In this document: piece by piece, positions 52,702 through 61,651 of the stretch | How positions within the stretch are numbered: position 1 is the first letter of the stretch | How the letters are laid out: every line of letters starts with the position of its first letter | Notes under the pieces: generated by a model | Seen by the model: only the letters and a program-made list of their open reading frames with translations | Told to the model about the DNA's origin: nothing | The model's database searches: none | Position numbers and translations under genes: made by a program | NCBI GenBank assembly: GCA_019310975.1 | Contig: JAFDDH010000010.1 | Coordinates: forward strand, 1,375-65,374 | Source of the DNA: Deltaproteobacteria bacterium | GTDB lineage: Bacteria; Myxococcota_A; UBA9160; UBA4427 | Length of the DNA stretch: 64,000 nt | Direction: 5' to 3'

Positions 52702-52752
52702 GCGCGTACGCTAGGAAACACACAGAATATTGTGTCGGAGGTACCGAGAGTT

Positions 52753-53310
52753 ATGAGCGAAATCGAAGCCCAGGGGGGCATGATTGCTGCACGCGGGCCA
52801 TGCGCAATCCTCTCCACTGCGATCGCGAGCGTCACCCTTGCACTCTTCTTCTTCGGCTTCGGCGCCGTGGGCACTTCCCTCGCCACGGATCTACCGCTCG
52901 TTCTCACCAACGACAGCATTGGTATGTCGGCGGAGGAGATCGATGAGGTCCAGGGCCCGGACGACTTCAAGGATCTCGACGCCGACGGTCCGGATGCGTT
53001 CCCCGCCGAGGAAGGTGATGACGGAATCCTGAAGCTCACCCAGGACGACATCGACTGGGCGTCGCAGCCGCAGGCCGAGGCCAGCGCCGAGCAGATGAGC
53101 GAGTTCACGTCTGTCGAGGGGCCCGTTGCCGGGGAGTCAGCGCCAGTCGATGAGCCTGCCCTTGCAGAGCCGGTACCCGCCGAGGATACGGTCGGAATCG
53201 CATCCTACGCGCAATGCGTCGAAGCGGCGATTCGGGGCGGCCAAGGCTTCCACGAGTCCTCCGGCGTCTGTCGTGTCCTCTTTCCCGCCGAGGCCGCGCC
53301 CGCCATCTGA
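52753..53310 (+). CDS. membrane-anchored acidic hypothetical protein
   Basis: ATG 52753 after a GGAGG RBS. TM segment ILSTAIASVTLALFFFGFGAVG. D/E-rich ectodomain. Confidence 0.55.
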   Translation: MSEIEAQGGMIAARGPCAILSTAIASVTLALFFFGFGAVGTSLATDLPLVLTNDSIGMSAEEIDEVQGPDDFKDLDADGPDAFPAEEGDDGILKLTQDDIDWASQPQAEASAEQMSEFTSVEGPVAGESAPVDEPALAEPVPAEDTVGIASYAQCVEAAIRGGQGFHESSGVCRVLFPAEAAPAI

Positions 53311-53408
53311 TCCTGTCCTACGCTCGATCGCCCGCACGGGGCCACTCACCTCTGGTCGAGGGACGCCAGCCCCTCGCCGAGGACGATGTGGCCTTCGCCG
53401 AGGGGTGA

Positions 53409-54800
53409 ATGAGTCCGGACAGCCAGCACGACGAATCCTCCTCGAAGAGCGCCAGCGTTGGAAGTCGTGAAGCACCGCTCTCACTCTGGGTGGTGACGAA
53501 CTACAACCTCCCGACCGTGGGGGTTGGGTTCATGTTCCTGCTGGTGAACATCTATCTGATGAAGTTCGCCACCGATGAGCTCCTCGTGCCGGCGTCGGCG
53601 ATGGGTATGATCTTTGGCTTGTCCCGAATCTGGGACGCCCTGACAGATCCGCTGGCCGGGTACTGGAGCGATCGGACGCAGACCGCCATGGGGCGCCGCC
53701 GCCCGTGGATTCTCGCGTCCGTCATCCCCATTGGCCTCGCCTTCTACATGATCTGGAATCCGCCAGTCGGGCTGCAGGGGAGTGCACTGATTGCCTGGAT
53801 GGGCGTGGGCGTCTTCCTCTTCTACACGTCGATGACCATCGTGATCGTGCCCCACACCTCGCTCGGCGCCGAGCTCTCGATTCACCATCACGAACGCACA
53901 CGCATCTTCGGCGCCCGGCACGTGATGTGGAGCGTGGGCTCCTTCGTCGCAATTGGAGCCATGGGGTTGATGATCTCCTCCGACGAGCCCCGCGCGCTGG
54001 CCTCGCAGATCTCGGTCGTCGCGGCCATAGTGACCGGCATTCTCCTGGTGTGGATGGTGGCAAGTGTGCGGGAGCGGGTCGAGTATCAGGGACGCGGCGA
54101 GTCGAAGCCCTTCAAGGCATTCGCGGATGTCCTCCGCAACCGGCACGCTCGCCTCCTCCTCATCGTCTTCCTGATCGAGAGCCTGGGTGGCGCCACGATT
54201 GGTGTGCTCACCCCCTACGTGTCCGAATACATCATCGGCACACCGGAGAAGACCCCCCTCTATATCATGGTCTACGCCGTGCCGTCGGCGGCCTCCGTCC
54301 CCTTCTGGGTCGCCATGTCTCGCCGATTCGGGAAGAAGCGCCTCTGGATCCTATCCATGCTGGTCACGGCGTTCGGCTTCGGGGCGATGTTCTTCCTGCA
54401 GGAGGGCGATGTCGTTCCGATCACGATCCTGGCCTTCCTGCTGGGCATCGGGGCCGGGGCGGGCGCAGTCGTGGCGCCGTCCATCGAGGCGGACGTCATC
54501 GACTACGACGAGCTCGAGACTGGGCAGCGCAAGGAGGGTGCCTACTTTGCGGCTTGGAATTTCGTATTCAAGAGCGCGACTGGTGTCACGCTGATGCTGA
54601 CGGGATTCGTGCTCGAAATGTCAGGCTTCGTGCCCAACGAGATACAGAGCGAGGACGCGAAGCTGGCCCTCCTGAGCCTCTACGCGCTCTTCCCAATGGC
54701 CTGCTATCTGCTGGGCACGCTGATCTTCACGCGCTTCAGCCTCGACGAGGCCGAGCATGCGCGGATTCGCCGGGCGCTCGACGAACGCGCCGGGCGTTAG
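53409..54800 (+). CDS. MFS transporter, glycoside-pentoside-hexuronide (GPH):cation symporter family
   Basis: RIWDALTDPLAGYWSDRTQTAMGRRRPW is the GPH signature. 12 predicted TM segments. Confidence 0.9.
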   Translation: MSPDSQHDESSSKSASVGSREAPLSLWVVTNYNLPTVGVGFMFLLVNIYLMKFATDELLVPASAMGMIFGLSRIWDALTDPLAGYWSDRTQTAMGRRRPWILASVIPIGLAFYMIWNPPVGLQGSALIAWMGVGVFLFYTSMTIVIVPHTSLGAELSIHHHERTRIFGARHVMWSVGSFVAIGAMGLMISSDEPRALASQISVVAAIVTGILLVWMVASVRERVEYQGRGESKPFKAFADVLRNRHARLLLIVFLIESLGGATIGVLTPYVSEYIIGTPEKTPLYIMVYAVPSAASVPFWVAMSRRFGKKRLWILSMLVTAFGFGAMFFLQEGDVVPITILAFLLGIGAGAGAVVAPSIEADVIDYDELETGQRKEGAYFAAWNFVFKSATGVTLMLTGFVLEMSGFVPNEIQSEDAKLALLSLYALFPMACYLLGTLIFTRFSLDEAEHARIRRALDERAGR

Positions 54801-54808
54801 CGCGTGAA

Positions 54809-56860
54809 TCAGAGACGGAAGCGCCCGATCTCTTCTTCGAGCACGTGTGAGCGTTCGGAGAGGTCAGTCAGGCTCGTGCGCAGCTCTTCGCCCCGCACAT
54901 TGCTCTTTTGCATGACCTCGCGGAAGACCTGCAGGGCTTCGAGGATCTGCTCGCCCTGCTTGCTCTGATCCGTGGTGGCCTCGAGGATCTGCTGAATGCG
55001 CGCGGCGACGACCTCCACAGATTGGGTGATCAGGCCGCTCTCCTTGCGCTGTTCCTGAGTCGATCGCTTCACACGCTGCCCGAGATCGCGCATGCGCTCC
55101 ACGGCGCGCGTAATGTCCGAGCTCGCGTTGTCCTGCTCGTGCGTGCCCCGATTGAGCTGTGCCGCGATGGTCTTCACCTGCGATACGGCGGAGTCCACCT
55201 TCTCGATGTCCGCTCTCTGTCGCTCCGAAGAGCTCACGATGGTATGAATGCGCTCGCTCGACTGGCGCGCACTCTCGCCGATCGCACGCAGGATTTCACC
55301 GGCCTGGCGTGAGAGCACCACACCATTGCGGACGCGTTCGTTGCCCTGCTCCATGGCGGAGACCGCCGAGCTCACGCCCTCTTGGACGCTCTCGATCAGG
55401 CCCGAGATCTCGCGTGTGGATCCGGCGGTCCGCTCAGCCAGGTTGCGCACCTCATCGGCCACCACTGCGAAAGCGCGTCCGTGCTCGCCTGCTTGTGACG
55501 AGATGATGGCGGCGTTCAGCGCAAGTAGGTTGGTCTGCTCGACGACGCCCTCGATCACCTTGACGACCTCACCAATCGACTCCGACTTGATGTTCAGGTC
55601 GGCGATGATCTCCTCGAGTCCCTCGAAGCTGGTCTGGATCTCCTGCATACCGCCAACCGTCTGCTGCACGCTCTCCATGCCGATCTCGGCCTGCTCTGCG
55701 GTCTTCTCCGAGAGCTCGTGGGTCTCCTGGGCGTTGACCTCGACGTCCTTCACGGCGCGCGAGAGCAGACCCAGCGCGGTGATGGTGGAGTCGGTGGACT
55801 CGTTGAGCTGGTCGGCGTTGCGAGCAATCTCGCGTATGGCGCCCGTCATCTCGACCACCGAGGATGCGGTCCCATCGATGGTTTCCGAGAGGCTATCCAT
55901 GTGTGAGGCGATCTCGCCGATGGAGGTGTCCATCTGCAAGGCGGCCGACGACGTTTCCGTTGCCGTATGCGCAACGGTTTCGATGCTGGTGTTGACTTCG
56001 CGAATCGAATCGCTGATTCGTTGCACCGACTCCTCGGTGTCGTTGACCGCGATCTCCTGCCGGCTCGCCTCGACGCCCAGGGCGTCGCTGGCATCGCGCA
56101 AGGTCTGGCTCACATTGGCGACTGATGCAGTATTGCGGCCCACCTGGGAAACCAATTCGCGCAGGCTCGACACCATGGCGTTGAACGCCAGGGCGAGAGT
56201 CCCGAGCTCGTCATCCCGGGAGATGTCCACCTCGACCGAGAGATCTCCCTCCGCCATTCGCCGGGACCCTTCCACCAGTGCGCTGAGCGGATCGGTAATC
56301 TGGCGGCGTAGAAGGGAAGCGCCCAGGTAGCAGACGATGAGGGCGCCGGTTGTGACGACGAGGAAGATTTCCAGGTAGCTTCGAAAGAGAGCAGCAAGCT
56401 TGCGGGTGTCCGAGCGGATGAAGACCGTACCAATGCGATCACCGTCGATCAGCACCGGTTCGAAGACGTCCAGAGTGCCAGTGCCCCAGTGATGGCCGTC
56501 CTCGAAGTTCACTGGGACCGGAAGGTCTTGGACATCGTCGCGCAGATAGCCCGCGAAGGCACTGCCGGCGTCGTCGTAGAGGACGCCGGACATCACATTC
56601 GGCTGGGCCTGGAGGGCGCGCAGCATCACCTCGGCGTCGCCCTTGTCGGCGAAGAGCAGCGACGCGCCCGTGTTGTCACCGATCATGAGCGCGATGGTGG
56701 TGAGCTGCTCCTCCATGTCGGTGCGCGCTCGCAGGTACTGGCTGCCGAAGAAGGCAGAGGAGGCCAGCGTGAGCGCCAGGCCAGTGGTGAGCATGAAGCT
56801 CAGCATCAGCCGGCGGCGGATAGAGTTCCGACCGAGCTCGATCTGCTTCATCGTGTCCAT
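54809..56860 (-). CDS. methyl-accepting chemotaxis protein with CHASE8-type periplasmic sensor and HAMP
   Basis: Two TM segments flank LLFADKGDAEVMLRALQAQPNVMSGVLYDDAGSAFAGY. HAMP: DELGTLALAFNAM. MCP hairpin: EQTNLLALNAAIISSQAGEHGRAFAVVADEVRNLAERT. Confidence 0.9.
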   Translation of the reverse strand: MDTMKQIELGRNSIRRRLMLSFMLTTGLALTLASSAFFGSQYLRARTDMEEQLTTIALMIGDNTGASLLFADKGDAEVMLRALQAQPNVMSGVLYDDAGSAFAGYLRDDVQDLPVPVNFEDGHHWGTGTLDVFEPVLIDGDRIGTVFIRSDTRKLAALFRSYLEIFLVVTTGALIVCYLGASLLRRQITDPLSALVEGSRRMAEGDLSVEVDISRDDELGTLALAFNAMVSSLRELVSQVGRNTASVANVSQTLRDASDALGVEASRQEIAVNDTEESVQRISDSIREVNTSIETVAHTATETSSAALQMDTSIGEIASHMDSLSETIDGTASSVVEMTGAIREIARNADQLNESTDSTITALGLLSRAVKDVEVNAQETHELSEKTAEQAEIGMESVQQTVGGMQEIQTSFEGLEEIIADLNIKSESIGEVVKVIEGVVEQTNLLALNAAIISSQAGEHGRAFAVVADEVRNLAERTAGSTREISGLIESVQEGVSSAVSAMEQGNERVRNGVVLSRQAGEILRAIGESARQSSERIHTIVSSSERQRADIEKVDSAVSQVKTIAAQLNRGTHEQDNASSDITRAVERMRDLGQRVKRSTQEQRKESGLITQSVEVVAARIQQILEATTDQSKQGEQILEALQVFREVMQKSNVRGEELRTSLTDLSERSHVLEEEIGRFRL

Positions 56861-56870
56861 TCCGATGACC

Positions 56871-57461
56871 TCACCCGATCACGTTCACGATGCGGAGAAG
56901 GCGCGCACTGACCTTGAGATTGGCGCTCTCTGCGGCCCTGCGGTTGATTTCCAGGCGAATCTTCTTGCCACTGCGGATGAAATTCGCGACACCACCCATC
57001 TCGGCGAAGCCGGTCGCGGCCGAAATGGTGAACACGCTTCGTCCAGACGTCTGCTCGATGAGGGCCCGGTGCTGGCCGGCCTCGCCCTCGGGTACGAAGA
57101 AGATGTGACAGCCAGCGGAGTCGACCACGTCGATTCGCTCCTGGATGGCTATGGTGCGGTCGTTCACCGTGTGGTCGCCGATCACCTCGGCCGTCGTCGT
57201 GGCGAACTCGGAGTCGTTCAGGACACAGATCACGAAGGGTGCCTGCTCTCCCTCGAAAGAGGACTCGGGCCAGTCGACGAAGCGTGTGAAGTTCAGCAGG
57301 AATGCCGCCTTGACCTCCGATTCGCTATAGGAGGCCGAGCCGGATATCGACGGGGCGAGAATCGAAAGGGCCACCATGCTGACCATCAGGGCGGAGGCGA
57401 AGCCACCACTAGGGCGCACGCCTGCACTCGATCGCGCGACGTGCTGCATCCTGCGTTTCAT
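56871..57461 (-). CDS. yfiR: YfiR-family (DUF4154) periplasmic repressor protein
   Basis: GGAGGGAAG RBS and a signal peptide. Motifs: EVKAAFLLNFTRFVDWPE, CHIFFV, GGVANFIRSGKKIRLEIN. Confidence 0.85.
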   Translation of the reverse strand: MKRRMQHVARSSAGVRPSGGFASALMVSMVALSILAPSISGSASYSESEVKAAFLLNFTRFVDWPESSFEGEQAPFVICVLNDSEFATTTAEVIGDHTVNDRTIAIQERIDVVDSAGCHIFFVPEGEAGQHRALIEQTSGRSVFTISAATGFAEMGGVANFIRSGKKIRLEINRRAAESANLKVSARLLRIVNVIG

Positions 57462-57542
57462 CTTCCCTCCGGAGGACTCGGACGTCTCACCTCCAGTGCA
57501 CTCTTCGGCAGACGGGCCTGGAAACAGAGTCCGCGAACCTTC

Positions 57543-57779
57543 CTAATTCCGGCAGAAAGTGAGAAAATCTGCGTGCGCGCGCGCGTGCAGATTGCAGGTT
57601 GATTGAAGGATTCCGTGCCGATCGCAATCGTGGCCCCGCATGCTGGCTTCCCTGCGCTGCACCGCGGGTGTCCGCGAGAGCTGGGCGACGACCTCGGGCC
57701 GCAGGTCGGTGAGATCGTTGTGCTCTTCGGGGCCGGCAATCAGGTCGAAGAGTTCCGTGCGCTCTCGTTCTGCCGGGCC
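57543..57779 (-). pseudogene. relic 3' fragment of a sulfatase-like gene
   Basis: The minus-strand frame encodes ERTELFDLIAGPEEHNDLTDLRPEVVAQL, which matches the (L/Y)DLxxDPxExxNL...PEVVxxL motif common at arylsulfatase C-termini. GC3 is high. No N-terminal part is present. Confidence 0.3.
57551..57593 (-). terminator. rho-independent-type terminator on the minus strand
   Basis: The minus strand reads AATCTGC-ACGCGCGCGCGCAC-GCAGATT followed by TTTCTCACTTTCT. The stem has a 2x2 internal mismatch. Confidence 0.45.
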
Positions 57780-58508
57780 TCAAGGAGCCGGCACCTCGGC
57801 CTCGGTCGCTTTGACTGGCTCGCGCCTCTTCGCCTGCGGGGGCGGCTGTGCGAGCCCGCGAAGATCGCAGAGCCCGTTCTTCCCGACCAGGCTGAGGACC
57901 CGCTTGCCCTTGGGTCGGTACTCGATGGAGGCCGTCCCGCTCGCGATCGGTCCCTCGCAGACCTCGCTGACGGGCACGATGGCGATCAGGTCAGACGAGC
58001 CGCTGAAGCCGAGCCGCGCAGCCTGCGGGAAGGTGCCGCGCAGGAGTGCGACGTCGTCGTCGCGGTGGATGAGCTGGTAGCTCGCCTGGGAGCGTGGTGC
58101 GAGCTGGCTGGCGGAGCGGACTTTGCGGTCGCGCCAGATGCGCAGATTCCCGACGCCGAGGACTTGGCAGTGGAAGCCGGCCCGCTCGAATTCGCCGAGC
58201 GGACCGCTGTCGATGTAGGTCACCTTCGCACCCGGCTGGAAGATGGAGCGGCAGTCGTCGCCGATGAGTGCATAAGCGAAGAAGTCCTTGCCGCTCATGT
58301 CGAGCCTGGCCTCGATGTAGGGACCGCGATCGTTCACCTCGTGAACCGTCATATCGGTTTGCGTCTTCGAAAGGCCGGGGCTCAGGTCCGCGGCGGCGGC
58401 GCGCCCGAGAGGGATGCTCTGCGCCGCGCATAGCCCGATCATTGCGATGAGCAGCCACGTCCGAGGGGCGTGCTCTTGCATCGGGATCGGGAGGCAATGC
58501 GTCTGCAT
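57780..58508 (-). CDS. exported hypothetical protein
   Basis: ATG 58508 with an AGGAG RBS (alternative start 58481). Signal peptide TWLLIAMIGLCAAQS. Good coding composition. Confidence 0.65.
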   Translation of the reverse strand: MQTHCLPIPMQEHAPRTWLLIAMIGLCAAQSIPLGRAAAADLSPGLSKTQTDMTVHEVNDRGPYIEARLDMSGKDFFAYALIGDDCRSIFQPGAKVTYIDSGPLGEFERAGFHCQVLGVGNLRIWRDRKVRSASQLAPRSQASYQLIHRDDDVALLRGTFPQAARLGFSGSSDLIAIVPVSEVCEGPIASGTASIEYRPKGKRVLSLVGKNGLCDLRGLAQPPPQAKRREPVKATEAEVPAP

Positions 58509-58722
58509 CGTCGGCTCCTGCAGTCCACGAGCGGACCGTCGACACGCGCGATGGTGGCAGACGGTCGGCAGGTCTACAACACGAGTGCGCAGGGCCCTCG
58601 GGGTGGGAGTCGTCGAGCTGCATCGGCCGATGCGGTAAGCGGTCGCGCATCGAATCGGATCAGGTCGTGGACGCGGCCACCCGATACGGGACGAAGGTGG
58701 CCAGTCCATCTCGGAGCGACCT

Positions 58723-58986
58723 ATGATCGATGCAGCCGAGTCTCTTCAGCGACCGCGCAAGCGACGGCGGTCGAGACGTCGCAAGCTGGCTGAGAGCGTC
58801 GCGCTCGTGCTCGGAGTGCCGGCCCTGATCTTCGTCGTGCTCGCTCTCTTCGTGGACGTGATCGAGTATCGACCGGTGCAGGCCAAGGCTCCGGATATGA
58901 CCGGTGTGATGCCGGTCGAGCGCATCGAGATTCCGCCTCTTCGTCTGCACGACGACCCCGATCGGCCTTCGCTGCTGCTCCGGTAG
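58723..58986 (+). CDS. small single-pass membrane protein (hypothetical)
   Basis: Basic N-terminus RPRKRRRSRRRK followed by TM segment VALVLGVPALIFVVLALFV. High GC3. The competing minus-strand ORF is compositionally junk. Confidence 0.45.
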   Translation: MIDAAESLQRPRKRRRSRRRKLAESVALVLGVPALIFVVLALFVDVIEYRPVQAKAPDMTGVMPVERIEIPPLRLHDDPDRPSLLLR

Positions 58987-59053
58987 CGACGGATCCTTCG
59001 GATTCGCTGACCGCCCTGCCGATGCGAGAGCGGTCGGTTCCCCGGATCCCTTG

Positions 59054-59539
59054 CTAGATCTCGAGTTCGTCCTGTGGCTTCGGGATTTCCGGCGAGAGCG
59101 GCGAGCGGCCAAAGATGAACGCAAGCGGCCGCTCCACGATGGCGAGGGACGCACGCATGGTCCCCCAGCCCAGGCCGAGGGCCCCGCAGTCGTTCTCGGG
59201 CCGCTGGCTGAAATCGCCGAGTGGGCGCTTGAACGTATAACGCGCGGGTGCCTGGATGCAGCGCTCCAGCACGTGATGGGTGCGACCGCTGCCGAGTGCG
59301 AGTGGGTACGCGACCAGTGTCACAGCCGCTCCCACCAGCGTCTCGACGGCGCCGATGGGTCGCTCGATGACCGCGTCGTACATCATGACCCCCGCGGAGC
59401 GCGGTTGGCTCTTCGCTCCCGCCTGGCGGGGTGCCGCAGCCAGAATGAGAGCGAGCAACAGAAGTGCGAGCGCCGGGTGAGAGCGGGGTCGGACTCGTGC
59501 ACGCCCTTGTGCGAGCACCTGGGGGACGGGACTTGCCAT
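59054..59539 (-). CDS. exported hypothetical protein
   Basis: Start at internal ATG 59539. Leader RSHPALALLLLALILAAAPRQAGA. No recognisable family. Confidence 0.5.
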   Translation of the reverse strand: MASPVPQVLAQGRARVRPRSHPALALLLLALILAAAPRQAGAKSQPRSAGVMMYDAVIERPIGAVETLVGAAVTLVAYPLALGSGRTHHVLERCIQAPARYTFKRPLGDFSQRPENDCGALGLGWGTMRASLAIVERPLAFIFGRSPLSPEIPKPQDELEI

Positions 59540-59660
59540 CGTCTCCTCTTCATCGTCCACCCCAGACTCCGGCATGACTCGACCTGCGAGCCGCCTTCTT
59601 GAACGCGCGTGCGATGCCGCCGCGCTGCGTGTGGGAGAGTGGGTCTGATAAGCTCTGCGT

Positions 59661-60443
59661 ATGCCCGGTCAGGTGCATTGCGAAGTAGAGCACCACGTCG
59701 GCTGGATCGTCTTCGACCATCCGGAGCGGCGCAATGCGCTCTCGGCGAATATGTGGGCCGAGCTCTCCGAGGCCGCGCGTCGCCATCAGGCAGACGACGA
59801 AGTTCGTGTCGTCGTCATGCGCGGTGCGGGCGACACCGCGTTCGTGTCCGGCGCCGATATCTCACAATTCGAGGGCTCGGGCGGTGGTGAGGTGCAGGGA
59901 GGGCTGGTGCGTGGTGGCGGCAATGCCTTCAACGATCTCGCGGCTCTCGACAAGCCGCTGATCGCCATGATCCACGGCTGGTGCATCGGCGGAGGTCTGG
60001 CCGTCGCCCTGATGGCGGATATGCGTTATGCCGACGAGGGGGCGCGCTTCGGCATTCCGGCGGCACGGCTGGGTGTCGGATACGACCTGGGTGGCATCGA
60101 GGCATTGGCGGATGAGGTCGGGCTCTCACGCGCCAAGGAGATCCTCTTCACGGCCGATCGCTACACGGCCGACGAGGCGCTTGCGATGGGACTGATTGGG
60201 AAGGTGCTCCCGAAGCCCGAGCTCGAAGGCTATGTGCGCGATCTCGTCGGTCGAATCGCTGAGAATGCGCCCCTCACGGTGCGCAGTGTGAAGATTCTTT
60301 CGCGCGAGATCCGGCGCGAGTCCGCGCAACGCGACGCCGCGAAGGTGAAGGCCGCCGTCGCCGCCTGCTTCGAGAGCGAGGATTTCGCAGAGGGCGTAGA
60401 GGCCTTCCTGCAGAAGCGCGCGCCGCGCTTCAAGGGACGGTGA
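59661..60443 (+). CDS. enoyl-CoA hydratase/isomerase (crotonase) family protein
   Basis: Motifs: WIVFDHPERRNALS, VVVMRGAGDTAFVSGADI, MIHGWCIGGGLAVAL, FAEGVEAFLQKR. Confidence 0.9.
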   Translation: MPGQVHCEVEHHVGWIVFDHPERRNALSANMWAELSEAARRHQADDEVRVVVMRGAGDTAFVSGADISQFEGSGGGEVQGGLVRGGGNAFNDLAALDKPLIAMIHGWCIGGGLAVALMADMRYADEGARFGIPAARLGVGYDLGGIEALADEVGLSRAKEILFTADRYTADEALAMGLIGKVLPKPELEGYVRDLVGRIAENAPLTVRSVKILSREIRRESAQRDAAKVKAAVAACFESEDFAEGVEAFLQKRAPRFKGR

Positions 60444-60452
60444 GGATCCGGA

Positions 60453-61649
60453 GTGGGCTTGGCGGGACAGTACGCGCCACGTGATGACGAGCCCGGAGCG
60501 CTCTCCGGGATCCGGGTCGTCGATTTCACGATCGCGCGTGCAGGCCCGACCTGCGTGCGACAGCTGGCCGACATGGGGGCGGAGATCATTCGGGTCGGCG
60601 GACCTCTTCGCCATGATCTCGGCGGGTCGGACAGCCACAACCTCAATCGCAACAAACGCTCGATCCTGATTGATCTGAAGCACGACGAGGGGCGTGCTGT
60701 CTTTCGCCGGCTGGTGGAGAGCGCCGACGTGCTGGTCGAGAACTTCCGCGCCGACGTGAAGCAGCGCCTCGGGATCGACTACGAGACGGTCGCGCAGACC
60801 AATCCCCGCATCGTCTACGCCAGCATCTCCGGCTTCGGCCAGGAGGGCCCCTACGCGACGCGTCCCGGTCTCGACCAGATCGCGCAGGGCATGGGCGGAC
60901 TCATGAGTGTCACGGGACCGGCGGGCTCGGGACCCTGGCGCGCGGGCATCGCCGTCTCGGATACGGCGTCGGGCACCTTCCTCACCCAGGGTGTGCTGGC
61001 CGCTCTCTACGCCCGCGAGCGCACGGGTCGAGGGCAGTGGGTCCACACCTCGCTCCTCGAGGCGATGATCAACTTCATGGACTTCCAGGCGGCACGCTGG
61101 CTGATCGATGGGGTGGTGCCTGCTCAGGCGGGCAACGACCACCCGACCCTCTTCCCGATGGGCGCGTTCGCGACCAAGGACGGAAGCATCAACATTGCCG
61201 TCCTCTCCGGCTGGGACCGTTTCGTGGCGGCCATCGAGGCGCCGGAGCTCGCTGACGATTCCCGCTTCGCCGACTTCGACTCGCGGATCGCGCATCGCGA
61301 ACCGCTGCGCGAGGCTGTCGAGGCGCGCCTGCGCACGCGCACGAGTGCCGAGTGGATCGAGGTGCTGACGGCGGCGGATCTACCCTGCGGACCCATCCTC
61401 GCCATGGATGAGGTCTTCGGCGATCCGCAGGTGCGACACCTCAATCTCACCCGGCAGGTCGTGCACGAAACGGACGGCGAGATGGCGGTGCTGCGTCATC
61501 CCGTGACTTTCTCGGAGACGCCGACCAGCGTGCGCAGCGGGCCGCCGCTGCCCGGGCGCCACACGCGCGAGATCCTGGGCGAGCTCGGCTACGCGGCGGA
61601 TGAGATCGATCGGCTGCACGCCGCGGGTGCGGTGGCCAGCGAGCGCTGA
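60453..61649 (+). CDS. family III CoA-transferase (CaiB/BaiF/Frc type)
   Basis: GTG start after a GAGGA RBS. Motifs: LSGIRVVDFTIARAGPTC, NLNRNKRS, VENFRADV, ISGFGQEGPY, GNDHP. Confidence 0.9.
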   Translation: MGLAGQYAPRDDEPGALSGIRVVDFTIARAGPTCVRQLADMGAEIIRVGGPLRHDLGGSDSHNLNRNKRSILIDLKHDEGRAVFRRLVESADVLVENFRADVKQRLGIDYETVAQTNPRIVYASISGFGQEGPYATRPGLDQIAQGMGGLMSVTGPAGSGPWRAGIAVSDTASGTFLTQGVLAALYARERTGRGQWVHTSLLEAMINFMDFQAARWLIDGVVPAQAGNDHPTLFPMGAFATKDGSINIAVLSGWDRFVAAIEAPELADDSRFADFDSRIAHREPLREAVEARLRTRTSAEWIEVLTAADLPCGPILAMDEVFGDPQVRHLNLTRQVVHETDGEMAVLRHPVTFSETPTSVRSGPPLPGRHTREILGELGYAADEIDRLHAAGAVASER

Positions 61650-61651
61650 GC

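Noticed and set aside
52720-52735. Palindrome ACACA-gaatat-TGTGT just upstream of gene 52753. A similar GTGTG-acacaa-CACAC occurs at about 25497-25512.
   Set aside because: Short 5-bp arms and the opposite polarity to the CRP-type site. I can name no family consensus for them, and they may simply be chance in AT-richer spacers. Listed here rather than as features.
57571-57588. Alternating purine-pyrimidine run gcgtgcgcgcgcgcgtgc (Z-DNA-like or simple repeat).
   Set aside because: It is adequately explained as the stem of the minus-strand terminator-like hairpin that ends the sulfatase-like relic.
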